A DNA stretch of 64,000 nt from Prochlorococcus sp. AG-347-L17 (lineage in GTDB: Bacteria > Cyanobacteriota > Cyanobacteriia > PCC-6307 > Cyanobiaceae). The notes under the pieces were generated by a model. That model made no database searches. It saw nothing but the letters and a program-made list of their open reading frames with translations, and was not told the DNA's origin. The translations under genes and the position numbers were made by a program. The stretch is from the NCBI GenBank assembly GCA_003278925.1, contig QCCN01000007.1, forward strand, positions 19,742 through 83,741, in the 5' to 3' direction. Shown piece after piece: positions 42,475 through 51,168 of the stretch; position 1 is the stretch's first letter, and every line of letters starts with the position of its first letter.

Positions 42475-42623
42475 AAGCTTTCGTTGATTATATTTAAAAG
42501 TTTATTTCTTTTATTTGTATTTATCTCTTCCCAATGAAGTGTTACTTCATCATTAATGATAGGTTTTGCTTCATAAGCAAAATACCAAAGAATAAATCCG
42601 ACAGGAAATATTAAAATATGCAT
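42471..42623 (-). CDS. 50-aa protein with N-terminal hydrophobic segment
   Basis: MHILIFPVGFILWYFAYEAKPIINDEVTLHWEEINTNKRNKLLNIINESF*. Confidence 0.6.
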   Translation of the reverse strand: MHILIFPVGFILWYFAYEAKPIINDEVTLHWEEINTNKRNKLLNIINESF

Positions 42624-42651
42624 AGCAAAATTAGTTGACTTAAATCAAATA

Positions 42652-42686
42652 TAGTGCAACACTTGTAATGTGCAAGTGTGACACTA
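42652..42686. promoter_or_regulatory. paired palindromic boxes upstream of the RHH gene (candidate operator)
   Basis: TAGTGCAACACTT (42652-42664) N9 AAGTGTGACACTA (42674-42686). Confidence 0.6.
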
Positions 42687-42701
42687 ATTTTATTTTTAAA
42701 T

Positions 42702-43067
42702 ATGCCCTCTCCGAGGAAAAGAATTGGTTTTTTGCCAAGTGAAGAAGTTCATGAGATTATTGAAAAATTGTGCACAGCTAATGAATTTAGTCAGTCAAAA
42801 GTCACAGGTTTATTGGTCGAAGAAGCGTTGAGGTCTCGAGGAGTATTAAATGACCCTTTTGGAAAAAAAATTAATGGGCAAGCGGATTTAATCAATTTTT
42901 GTTTTGATAGTGAAACATGCTCTGAAAATAATAAATCTCCAAGTAATGTGGACGAATATGCAGTTAATAAAAAAGTATTATCTGATAATATCAAATTGAT
43001 GCATGAATTTATTGAGTTTAAATATTTTAAGAAAGTCATGAAGCAAAATAACAAAATTTTTGATTAA
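42702..43067 (+). CDS. ribbon-helix-helix (CopG-like) DNA-binding protein
   Basis: MPSPRKRIGFLPSEEVHEIIEKLCTANEFSQSKVTGLLVEEALRSRG: beta-strand plus two helices; start re-called to ATG 42702. Confidence 0.72.
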   Translation: MPSPRKRIGFLPSEEVHEIIEKLCTANEFSQSKVTGLLVEEALRSRGVLNDPFGKKINGQADLINFCFDSETCSENNKSPSNVDEYAVNKKVLSDNIKLMHEFIEFKYFKKVMKQNNKIFD

Positions 43068-43068
43068 A

Positions 43069-43081
43069 TAGTGTCACACTT
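43069..43081. repeat. TAGTGTCACACTT, exact inverted copy of 42674-42686
   Basis: 13/13 reverse-complement match, starting 2 nt after the RHH stop. Confidence 0.9.
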
Positions 43082-43204
43082 CAAATATTTACATGAGATT
43101 GCTTTTCAATGGAATTTAGAAATTAAGCAATAATAAATATTTTTGATTATTTCTAATAAACTTCTTAAAGAGGGATACAAAATTAATTGAATCTTTAAAA
43201 ATTC

Positions 43205-43245
43205 AGCGGACTAAATCCTCGTGGAGATATGAACTTTAGCCCGCT
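43205..43245. other. GC-rich stem-loop in intergenic DNA (candidate sRNA or terminator)
   Basis: AGCGG-A-CTAAA ... TTTAG-C-CCGCT with an inner TCC-TCGT-GGA hairpin. Confidence 0.45.
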
Positions 43246-43331
43246 TTAAAAAAATAGCAATAAAAAATTATAAACACAATAAGTATGTAAATTTACGTTT
43301 GATTTAAAATTGGAATATAAAAACTCTAAAT

Positions 43332-43460
43332 ATGGCAGTAAGTGAATTAAATGAAGATACACAGGATCAAATATGTGATCTTCCTGAAATTCTTCAGCAA
43401 ATAGAGAAACATGAAAATAAAATTATACGAATTTTGCTTGATATGATATTTAGAAAATAG
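43332..43460 (+). CDS. 42-aa hypothetical protein, possibly prematurely truncated
   Basis: MAVSELNEDTQDQICDLPEILQQIEKHENKIIRILLDMIFRK*; frame continues EEKVVIK* and that stop overlaps the next ATG. Confidence 0.5.
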   Translation: MAVSELNEDTQDQICDLPEILQQIEKHENKIIRILLDMIFRK

Positions 43461-43480
43461 GAAGAGAAAGTAGTTATTAA

Positions 43481-43867
43481 ATGAAACGATTATTAATCTA
43501 ACTATTAGTTTTTCTTACTTTCTCAAATGTTGTTGATAACTCACATTTGTATAATTAAAGAGCACTAAAGAATCTATCGATTTAGCAAAATACCTTAAAG
43601 ATAGTTGCGTAGTTAATTATTAAGCATTATTGGTGACCTAATTGTATTAATCAAAGTGAACTACTTGGTAAGCAAGCCTACAGGGAAATTAATGTAGTTG
43701 AATGTGCAATGGAAGGGATAGCCTGTCAAAATCAATTATGCATAGATAAAAAAATTAAAGGGTTTCCGACATGGGAAATAAATAGAAAACTAATTTTAGG
43801 TGAACTTTTACTAAAAAAGTTTTCAAAGTTGACTGGATTTATAATTAAGGAACAAGTAAGAACATAA
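43481..43867 (+). pseudogene. degraded exported thioredoxin-like protein (VKOR-associated Trx domain type)
   Basis: Fragments MKRLLI*LLVFLTFS..., STKESIDLAKYLKD, AYW*PNC, ELLGKQAY, VVEC, QLCIDKKIKGFPTWEIN, SKLTGF; several stops and frameshifts. Confidence 0.8.
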
Positions 43868-43871
43868 ATAG

Positions 43872-44021
43872 TTAGAAATTAAAGGTTAATTCCTGAGTCC
43901 CTTTCACACAAATTCCAGTTGGATAATTAATTACTTTTTTTGATATTAATCCAATAATGATAGCAACTATTCTAATTCCAACAAATGCTCTGGATCTTTT
44001 GCTTAAGATAAGATATTTCAT
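43872..44021 (-). CDS. 49-aa single-TM protein
   Basis: MKYLILSKRSRAFVGIRIVAIIIGLISKKVINYPTGICVKGTQELTFNF*. Confidence 0.5.
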   Translation of the reverse strand: MKYLILSKRSRAFVGIRIVAIIIGLISKKVINYPTGICVKGTQELTFNF

Positions 44022-44356
44022 TTAGTATTTATAGTAGGGATTATGAAATTATTACTTGGATTTTTTTAAGAGAAAAACAACAAGGAACTCTAAATCTATA
44101 ATTTTTTTTAAAAATAATTTTTAAATATAAGATATCTTGAAAACACTTAACCACATAATTCTTATATTTTTTTTAGCATTTTTAGTCTGTATTTGAAGGC
44201 CTTTTTATGATTAATACGAGACTATTTCTTTATGAAAGATAAGGAATTTAATGTGACTCAAGGAATGGTTTTGTTACTTTTGAAGCCATTAAATTTACCC
44301 ACTAACTATGTTCTTAATCTCATAATTTATATATTTAACCATATTAGCAATATTTA

Positions 44357-44612
44357 TTAATAAGATTCTTCCCAAACTGGTTTAGTTTTCCTCCAACCTT
44401 GAGAGATTAATTTTTTTCAATTCATCTCTAGCTTTATCAACTTTAAGTTCTTCTCTTGTTGTCATTAGAAGTGGTTCTTTTCCTAATACACCAAGAATTC
44501 ATCCAGAGTCAATAAATATATATTCAAAAAATTTATCTTTATTTTGATTATTCTTTTAAAACCTTTTAATCCTTGAACGACTCGTATTTATAAGCAAAAA
44601 ATCTTCTTTCAA
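44357..44612 (-). pseudogene. DUF1651-like pseudogene
   Basis: LLINTSRSRIKRF*KNNQNKDKFFEYIFIDSG*ILGVLGKEPLLMTTREELKVDKARDE-(frameshift)-KKLISQGWRKTKPVWEESY*. Confidence 0.7.
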
Positions 44613-44623
44613 TCTTACTTATT

Positions 44624-44911
44624 TTATGTTTTCTCAATTGGAGCCATTGTTAATCCTTTGCTGAAGAGTTGCTCATGATATAGCTCTGCCTGTTCAAAAT
44701 TACCTCTCCATACTTCCGCCGATCCTGACTTGTCAACTTTAATAGTTAGATCCCAAGCCCTTTTTTCACTCATGCTTGGGATTATTGTTAGAAGACAATT
44801 TGCGACATGTTGAAAGGTATTAAAACTATCATCAAGAACTATTACCCTTGCTTCTGAATATTTTGCTTTAGATTTCTTTGGATCTAAGACTGTACCGAGT
44901 GAATTAAACAT
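44624..44911 (-). CDS. clpS: ATP-dependent Clp protease adaptor ClpS
   Basis: RVIVLDDSFNTFQHVANCL, GSAEVW.G..EQAELY, GLTMAP. Confidence 0.92.
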   Translation of the reverse strand: MFNSLGTVLDPKKSKAKYSEARVIVLDDSFNTFQHVANCLLTIIPSMSEKRAWDLTIKVDKSGSAEVWRGNFEQAELYHEQLFSKGLTMAPIEKT

Positions 44912-44978
44912 TAATTTCTGTATAGGATTAAGTAAATTAAATCTTCACCTAAGTTTTTCAATCGAGAAGTATTTGATA

Positions 44979-45052
<74 letters not shown>

Positions 45053-45081
45053 ATGAGAATATTGTAAGGCATTGATTGTAC

Positions 45082-45564
45082 TTAATTACCATTTTGAAAA
45101 TTTATTTGTTTATGGGCCTCATATATAGCAATTCCGCATGCTACAGAAAGGTTTAGACTCCTAACACCTTTTTGATCATTATTCCTAGTCTGTAAATTTG
45201 GCATAAATATTGATATTAAAAAGTCGCTTTTGTCAATAATTGAATCCGGCAATCCTGAATCTTCTCTCCCAAATAGCAAAATATCATCTTTCTTAAATTT
45301 AAAATCCTTCAAATATAATCCATTTTTTTTACTAAAAGAAATTATTCTTTTTGTTTTTTTTGACGCCAAAAATTTTTCATAATTCTCATGCTTATTAACA
45401 GTAACGAGAGGCCAATAGTCTAATCCTGCTCTTTTTAAATATTTATCTTCTAGTTTAAAACCCAAGGGCTCTATAAGATTTAAAGGTATATTAAACGCAG
45501 CACATGATCTGGCAATATTTCCAGTATTTTGTGGAATTCTAGGTTCAAAAAGAGCGACTTCCAA
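45082..45564 (-). CDS. trmL: tRNA (cytidine/uridine-34-2'-O)-methyltransferase, SpoU family
   Basis: EPRIPQNTGNIAR, RAGLDYW, FGRE..GLP, RSLNLS. Confidence 0.92.
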   Translation of the reverse strand: MEVALFEPRIPQNTGNIARSCAAFNIPLNLIEPLGFKLEDKYLKRAGLDYWPLVTVNKHENYEKFLASKKTKRIISFSKKNGLYLKDFKFKKDDILLFGREDSGLPDSIIDKSDFLISIFMPNLQTRNNDQKGVRSLNLSVACGIAIYEAHKQINFQNGN

Positions 45565-45566
45565 TT

Positions 45567-46127
45567 TTAATTAGGTATTTCAATACTTATTTCATCTATT
45601 TTGATTGCTCTTCCGTTTATTGCCAACCAATTATCTTTTGATATTTGGGTTATTCTCTTTTGAAGTTCGCCGATTCTTTCAATATAAGTATTACCAATTT
45701 TATATTCAGAAACAAGACTCCAACCTACTTGTTCTCCAACAATAATTGTTATGCTTACTCTTTTCATTAAGAGACTTATAAGTGAATTCATTTTTGTTGA
45801 CCATTCATTTTGTTCCTTGCCAATATTTTTCATAACGAATCCGCCAATAGAATCTATTAATAATGGACCTTCTTCTTTCTTTAATGTATTTAATAGATCT
45901 GTTGTTTCTATTAATTTCCAATCTTTTGGCCTTCTTTTTCGATGTAGATTAATTTTATATTGCCATTCTTTATCATCCAAATTGTTTTCTGATAAAGCAA
46001 CATATGATAATTTTTTTACATCCTTTGCAAGATACTCTGCGAATTCACTTTTACCGCTCTTTGTCCCCCCTGTAATAAATACTATATGAGATGAATATTC
46101 ACTAATACTTAAATCTTGGGTATTCAT
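45567..46127 (-). CDS. cobU: adenosylcobinamide kinase / phosphate guanylyltransferase
   Basis: TGGTKSGKSEFAE, HRKRRP, LIDSIG, EQVGWSLV. Confidence 0.92.
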   Translation of the reverse strand: MNTQDLSISEYSSHIVFITGGTKSGKSEFAEYLAKDVKKLSYVALSENNLDDKEWQYKINLHRKRRPKDWKLIETTDLLNTLKKEEGPLLIDSIGGFVMKNIGKEQNEWSTKMNSLISLLMKRVSITIIVGEQVGWSLVSEYKIGNTYIERIGELQKRITQISKDNWLAINGRAIKIDEISIEIPN

Positions 46128-46137
46128 AAATTCTCTA

Positions 46138-46449
46138 TTATTTAGAGAAATACCACCATGTTGCTAAAGGAATAATTGTGGCAGCAATTAATAAACCTAT
46201 AACTATATATGTAGCAGTTGAACTCTCAGTATCTTTTGATCTCATAGTGTTAAAATTTGGATCAACTACAGGGTTGTCAATCGATGAAGGCTGACTTTTT
46301 TCGTAATTTATAATATTCTTCTGTTGAGTAATAATAAAAAATTCATTTATATTATGAATTTCATTTGCGTATGTTGTCGATGGGATAAGAATTAAAATTA
46401 AGCCAGTTAAGATAAGAGAAGGTATATATTTTTTGATGTTTAGATTCAT
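46138..46449 (-). CDS. hypothetical protein, signal peptide plus C-terminal TM anchor
   Basis: N-terminal signal ending in TYA; C-terminal helix ending WWYFSK. Confidence 0.7.
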   Translation of the reverse strand: MNLNIKKYIPSLILTGLILILIPSTTYANEIHNINEFFIITQQKNIINYEKSQPSSIDNPVVDPNFNTMRSKDTESSTATYIVIGLLIAATIIPLATWWYFSK

Positions 46450-46561
46450 TTTAAAAGGTTTTGGTTAATTATATATTAAAAACCATATGATTGAGTAATT
46501 TTAAATGTACTAAATAATATAATATTTGCATAATTTAATTTAGAAATAACATATTTAAAAT

Positions 46562-47188
46562 ATGGGATTCAATGGGAAATCATTAATATTAATCGGTTTT
46601 ATACTGTTTATTTTTCAGATAGCAAATTTCATTTCTATAGAAACAATTACTCCTGAGCTTGAAAGAGCACAAGTATTAGCTGCAATAGCTTCATTAATTA
46701 TTATTTTGATAGGTTTTTTATTTAAACAATTCGAACCATTAGCTGGTGAGAAAGCTACTTTAAAAGGAGAAAATAAGTTCTTCTTCGATAGAAACATGCC
46801 GGATGAAGTTATTGATGAACTTGCATGGGGTTCAGAAGCGATATTAACTTCAACAGCAGCTGCAGCAATATTAATCCACAATGATGGCGTTAATATATTG
46901 AGGAGGGGAATCACTTCAAGTAATGATTTTAAACCTGGCGAAACTTGTCTGAGATCTATAAAAGATATGAAATTAATATCATTAGCAAACACTAAATTTT
47001 ATCCAGGAAGAGATGAATTTTTTAACTTTTGTGCTGAAATTCCATCCATCTTGATTGTACCTATAAATAATAAGGCTTTTATATTGATAGGAGGCTGGAG
47101 TTCAAAGTGTTTTACTAAGTCTGATGAAAAATGGATTAATAACTGGTCTAAAAAAATTAATAATATTTTTTCAAAAAATAAAATTTAA
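46562..47188 (+). CDS. cofactor assembly of complex C (CCB2/CCB4-like) protein
   Basis: Two N-terminal TMs; ELAWGSEAIL motif; LANTKFYPGRDEF. Confidence 0.7.
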   Translation: MGFNGKSLILIGFILFIFQIANFISIETITPELERAQVLAAIASLIIILIGFLFKQFEPLAGEKATLKGENKFFFDRNMPDEVIDELAWGSEAILTSTAAAAILIHNDGVNILRRGITSSNDFKPGETCLRSIKDMKLISLANTKFYPGRDEFFNFCAEIPSILIVPINNKAFILIGGWSSKCFTKSDEKWINNWSKKINNIFSKNKI

Positions 47189-47814
47189 AAATAAATTGTT
47201 GATTTAACTCTTTTATCTTTTGCTTCAAAACTTACTGATTCATTTTTTAAATTATAGAAAGCATTTTCTGAATTTATTTCATATTTATTTTCGTTATTTT
47301 CATCTTTTATTATATATTTTACGGGACTGAAAAATTCAATTATGTTATCTGAACCCAATATGGCTCTTCCTGAATTTAAGATGATATTTTGATTTTCAAA
47401 TCTTATATTACCCTCTAATAGATAGTTAGTATTTTCTATATTCCAAATAAAATTATCAGCATTTAAAATTTCATCATCTTTTTTAAGTGTTTTTAATTTA
47501 ACATTACCTTGCAATTTCAATAGTTTATTGTTGTCTGATAATGTAGATTCTTCTGAACTAATAATATATTTAGTTTCTTCCCCATTGAGAATATTAATGA
47601 TAGGTTTTTTTAATTCGAATTTCAATTCAATATTGTCATAACTTGAATTTGGACTGGTAATTGAATATATTTTATCTCCACTTTTAGAGAAAATAGTCAT
47701 ATCTAAACTGTTTATTTCTTGTATAATTTCTTTTTCGTCAATTACATTTGGTACACAACCAAGCATAAATAATGGAAGGATAATTATTAATCTATAAATG
47801 TTGATCATATTCAA
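47185..47814 (-). CDS. LptC-like LPS export periplasmic lipoprotein
   Basis: Lipobox LGC; beta-rich; L.GNV..., ADNFIW pattern. Confidence 0.65.
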   Translation of the reverse strand: MNMINIYRLIIILPLFMLGCVPNVIDEKEIIQEINSLDMTIFSKSGDKIYSITSPNSSYDNIELKFELKKPIINILNGEETKYIISSEESTLSDNNKLLKLQGNVKLKTLKKDDEILNADNFIWNIENTNYLLEGNIRFENQNIILNSGRAILGSDNIIEFFSPVKYIIKDENNENKYEINSENAFYNLKNESVSFEAKDKRVKSTIYF

Positions 47815-49336
47815 GTTTATTTATTATTGGAGTGGGTTTAGGAAGAATTGAGTTACTAACTAATAATCCCCAAATTAATTGTTGTTTCCAAGGAATTTCT
47901 TGATTATATATAGAACCAAGTTGTTCATTAATTTTTGTAGATAATTCGGGCAATAAAGGTAGTAATAATAATCCTATTATTCGGGTACTTTCTAAAACGT
48001 TATAAATAATTTCTTTAACTAGAGGTAGATTATCTTTCTCTTTTATTAACAGCCATGGCTGATTATCATTCAAATACAAATTTGTATTAATTGCTAGGCT
48101 AAGTACTTCATTAGCCGCCAACTCTAATTTGTAATTATCAAAGTTATAAATATAGTTTTGCACTGCAATTTTGGCAGAAATCTCTAATTTATTTTCACTT
48201 AAAATTTTTTCATTATTTGGTACTTTATTATCAAACCATTTTCTAGACATAGATGATGTTCTATTTAATAAATTACCAATTGTATTAGCTAAATCATTAT
48301 TGATAATGTCAACAAATCTTTTATCTTGAAAATCTCCATCATTACCTAGTGATATGTCTTTTATTAAGTACCACCTTACAGGATCATTTCCATATTTTGT
48401 AAGCAGTAAATCAGGGTCGAGTACATTTCCTAAGCTTTTACCCATTTTTTGCCCCTCTCTTGTAAGAAACCCATGCCCAAAAACCTTTTTAGGAACTTTC
48501 ATATTGGCAGAAATGAGCATTGCGGGCCAATATACAGCATGGAATCTCAGAATATCTTTACCAATTAAATGAACATCAGCGGGCCATCCACCATTAATAG
48601 AATTTTCTAATAAATTTTCTGTAGCATCAGAACTAATGGCACTTACATATCCAAGTAAAGCATCAAACCATACATAAAAAGTATGATTATCGTAACCAGG
48701 GACAGGAATTCCCCATGTGACATTTGTCCTTGAAATTGAAAAATCCTTTAAACCTCTAGAAACAAAATTTATTATTTCATTTTTTCTTTCTATTGGCTCA
48801 ATAAAAGAAGGTTCGTTGATTATTTTCTCTATTTCTTTTTGATATTTTGAAAGCCTAAAAAAGAGATTCTCTTCATTTTTCCATTCTAAATTTTTTTGAT
48901 GTATTGGACACTTATAAGTTGATGAGTTTTCTGGATTATCCTTAAATTCCTCACAACCGACACAATACCAACCTTTTTGAACTCCCATATATATATCATC
49001 TGATGCTTTTACTCTTTCATAAAATTCATTAACAACATATTCATGATTTTTTGAGCTTGTTCTTATAAATTTATCAAAGGATATATTCCAATTTTTCCAA
49101 TTATTATTAAAGACTTCTGAAATTTCATCACAATGTGATTTTGGTTCAATACCCTTTTCATTAGCTGTTCTTTGTATTTTTAAACCATGTTCATCAACTC
49201 CAGTGATAAAAAGAACTTGTTCACCTGTAAGCCTTTTATACCTAGCTATTGAGTCACAAATTATTGTTGTATATACACTTCCTAAATGAGGTTTATCATT
49301 AACATAGTATAAAGGGGTAGTAATGACAAAAGTCAT
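47792..49336 (-). CDS. metG: methionine--tRNA ligase
   Basis: PHLGS (HIGH), KMGKS (KMSKS), YVWFDALLGY, CVGCE...CPIH knuckle. Confidence 0.98.
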   Translation of the reverse strand: MTFVITTPLYYVNDKPHLGSVYTTIICDSIARYKRLTGEQVLFITGVDEHGLKIQRTANEKGIEPKSHCDEISEVFNNNWKNWNISFDKFIRTSSKNHEYVVNEFYERVKASDDIYMGVQKGWYCVGCEEFKDNPENSSTYKCPIHQKNLEWKNEENLFFRLSKYQKEIEKIINEPSFIEPIERKNEIINFVSRGLKDFSISRTNVTWGIPVPGYDNHTFYVWFDALLGYVSAISSDATENLLENSINGGWPADVHLIGKDILRFHAVYWPAMLISANMKVPKKVFGHGFLTREGQKMGKSLGNVLDPDLLLTKYGNDPVRWYLIKDISLGNDGDFQDKRFVDIINNDLANTIGNLLNRTSSMSRKWFDNKVPNNEKILSENKLEISAKIAVQNYIYNFDNYKLELAANEVLSLAINTNLYLNDNQPWLLIKEKDNLPLVKEIIYNVLESTRIIGLLLLPLLPELSTKINEQLGSIYNQEIPWKQQLIWGLLVSNSILPKPTPIINKLEYDQHL

Positions 49337-49404
49337 AAAGCTTTTTTATTAATACTAACAGATATTTTTTTAAACTAATAACAAGCTATTATTTTATTAT
49401 CTTA

Positions 49405-50589
49405 TTAATAAATAAACTCTAAAAGATTACTATCATTCATAATATATTTAACTTTATATGTTTTATTACTATATATTTCTATTGATACAAAAAGAGTAAT
49501 AAGTAATTCTAGTGAATAATATGGAAAATAAACCAAAGCAATATTTTTTTTATGATTAATCCACTTAACAAATATTATTTTATAAAACGATTTATTTTCA
49601 TTCTTAAAAAATATAGATAAATACTTAAATTTATCATTTTTAAAAATATTATTATTCTCTGATTGTCTATTTTTTGAATAATCAATAATCTTAGAGATTG
49701 AATCTTTACTTAGAATTTTAAAATTATTAATTTTATTATAGACTTGCCTTTGTATAACTAAATCAAGATATCTTCTTAATGGTGATGTACATTGTACATA
49801 CATTTTAAGTCCTAATGATTCATGTATTCCTGGCTTAGTTGTTATGTAACTTCTTCCCATATATTGTTTTAATATTATATACTTAATATCACTATCATTG
49901 TATTTATTAAGTATTTCAGATGGAGTACAATTTAATTTCTGAATCCTAAATGCTGCCCCTAAATTATATTTATCTATAAACAAACTTGTTACATAACCCA
50001 TTAAGATCATTGATTCTGCAACAATAGTTTGTGATATTGTTTTCTCTAATTTATATAGTACAACCTTATTCTCATATAATTTAATTTTACTATTAGGACT
50101 TTCAAAAATAATTGCCCCTTGTTTCTTTCTGAATGTAATACTTTTTTCTAATAAATTTTTAATTTCAATTAATTCAGTTTCTTCTTTAGGTTCTAATTCT
50201 AATATTTCGTTTGCATCTTCATATGTTAATTGATATTTTGGTTTTATTATTGCTTCAGTTATTTCATATTTATTTATTGATCCATCTTCATTAAATTCTA
50301 TTGCTGCACTAATAGTTTCTGAAATTTTATTTTGAGCAAGATTTGCCTTTTCAAGAATATCTTTAGGTAGCATTGGGACATATTGATCAATTAAATATAA
50401 ACTGCTATTTCTCTTTCTTGCATCTAAATCAACATTAGAGTCATGCAAAAAGAGTTTGCATGGATTACTAATATGTATCCATAAATTTTTTTTATTTCCT
50501 TCTTTAATTTCTAATGAAATAGCATCATCAACCTCATGGGGATCATCAGAGTCGATAATATATGTTTTTAAATTAGTTAAATCTTTCAA
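49405..50589 (-). CDS. RNase II/RNB-domain exoribonuclease, minimal form
   Basis: Intact DSDDPHEVDDA cluster, H.SLG...Y..CTSPLRRY.DL; no N-terminal CSD or C-terminal S1. Confidence 0.88.
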   Translation of the reverse strand: MKDLTNLKTYIIDSDDPHEVDDAISLEIKEGNKKNLWIHISNPCKLFLHDSNVDLDARKRNSSLYLIDQYVPMLPKDILEKANLAQNKISETISAAIEFNEDGSINKYEITEAIIKPKYQLTYEDANEILELEPKEETELIEIKNLLEKSITFRKKQGAIIFESPNSKIKLYENKVVLYKLEKTISQTIVAESMILMGYVTSLFIDKYNLGAAFRIQKLNCTPSEILNKYNDSDIKYIILKQYMGRSYITTKPGIHESLGLKMYVQCTSPLRRYLDLVIQRQVYNKINNFKILSKDSISKIIDYSKNRQSENNNIFKNDKFKYLSIFFKNENKSFYKIIFVKWINHKKNIALVYFPYYSLELLITLFVSIEIYSNKTYKVKYIMNDSNLLEFIY

Positions 50590-50634
50590 ATATTTGAGGT
50601 ACTAATTATAGTGCTTACTATATTAAATACGAAA

Positions 50635-50856
50635 TTATCCTTCAGGATTTACAAAGGGTAAAAGAGCTACAATTCTGGCTCTTTTTACAGCTAATGTAAG
50701 ATCTCTTTGTTGTTTAGAGGTTAAACCTGTCATCCTTCTTGGTAGGATTTTACCCCTCTCAGTTATGAATTTTTTTAGAAGTTCTACATCTTTATAGTCA
50801 ATAGGATCTCCAGGTTTGATGGGTGATAATTGTTTTTTAAAAATTGAATTAGGCAT
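50635..50856 (-). CDS. rpsR: 30S ribosomal protein S18
   Basis: [25 protein letters not shown]. Confidence 0.98.
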   Translation of the reverse strand: MPNSIFKKQLSPIKPGDPIDYKDVELLKKFITERGKILPRRMTGLTSKQQRDLTLAVKRARIVALLPFVNPEG

Positions 50857-50873
50857 GATTTAATTTGTTTTGA

Positions 50874-51068
50874 TTACTTTATTTCTTTGTGAATTGTCAT
50901 TTTATTTAAATGAGGATTAAACTTTTTTAGTTCTAATCTTTCGGTTGTATTTCTACGATTCTTTTCAGTAGTATATCTTGAGACACCATTTGATCTCTTA
51001 GGATCTGTGCTTGTTCTAGCTTCAGTACATTCCAGGGTCACTACAACTCTTGTCCCTTTTTTGGCCAT
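50874..51068 (-). CDS. rpmG: 50S ribosomal protein L33
   Basis: [16 protein letters not shown]...[21 protein letters not shown]; start re-called to ATG 51068. Confidence 0.96.
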   Translation of the reverse strand: MAKKGTRVVVTLECTEARTSTDPKRSNGVSRYTTEKNRRNTTERLELKKFNPHLNKMTIHKEIK

Positions 51069-51168
51069 TTTAATTAATACTTTATTGTATAATTTTCTAT
51101 TGTACATCTTCAACAAACATTTTTGAAGATATACTCATTTCTATTATCATCATGGACTAAAAATATAT

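Noticed and set aside
43283-43296. GTA-N8-TAC NtcA-like box
   Set aside because: No TAN3T at the canonical distance, and a 6-bp gapped match is expected many times by chance in 64 kb of AT-rich DNA.
43634-43636. Selenocysteine (UxxC) reading of the TGA in the thioredoxin remnant
   Set aside because: A stop and a frameshift lie immediately upstream and more lesions occur earlier, so the frame is already broken; no SECIS-like hairpin is evident.
40560-44978. att-like duplication of the tRNA-Met 3' end, integrase or transposase in the islet
   Set aside because: I found no copy of the tRNA 3' sequence and no recombinase-like ORF by eye; an exact-match search would be decisive.
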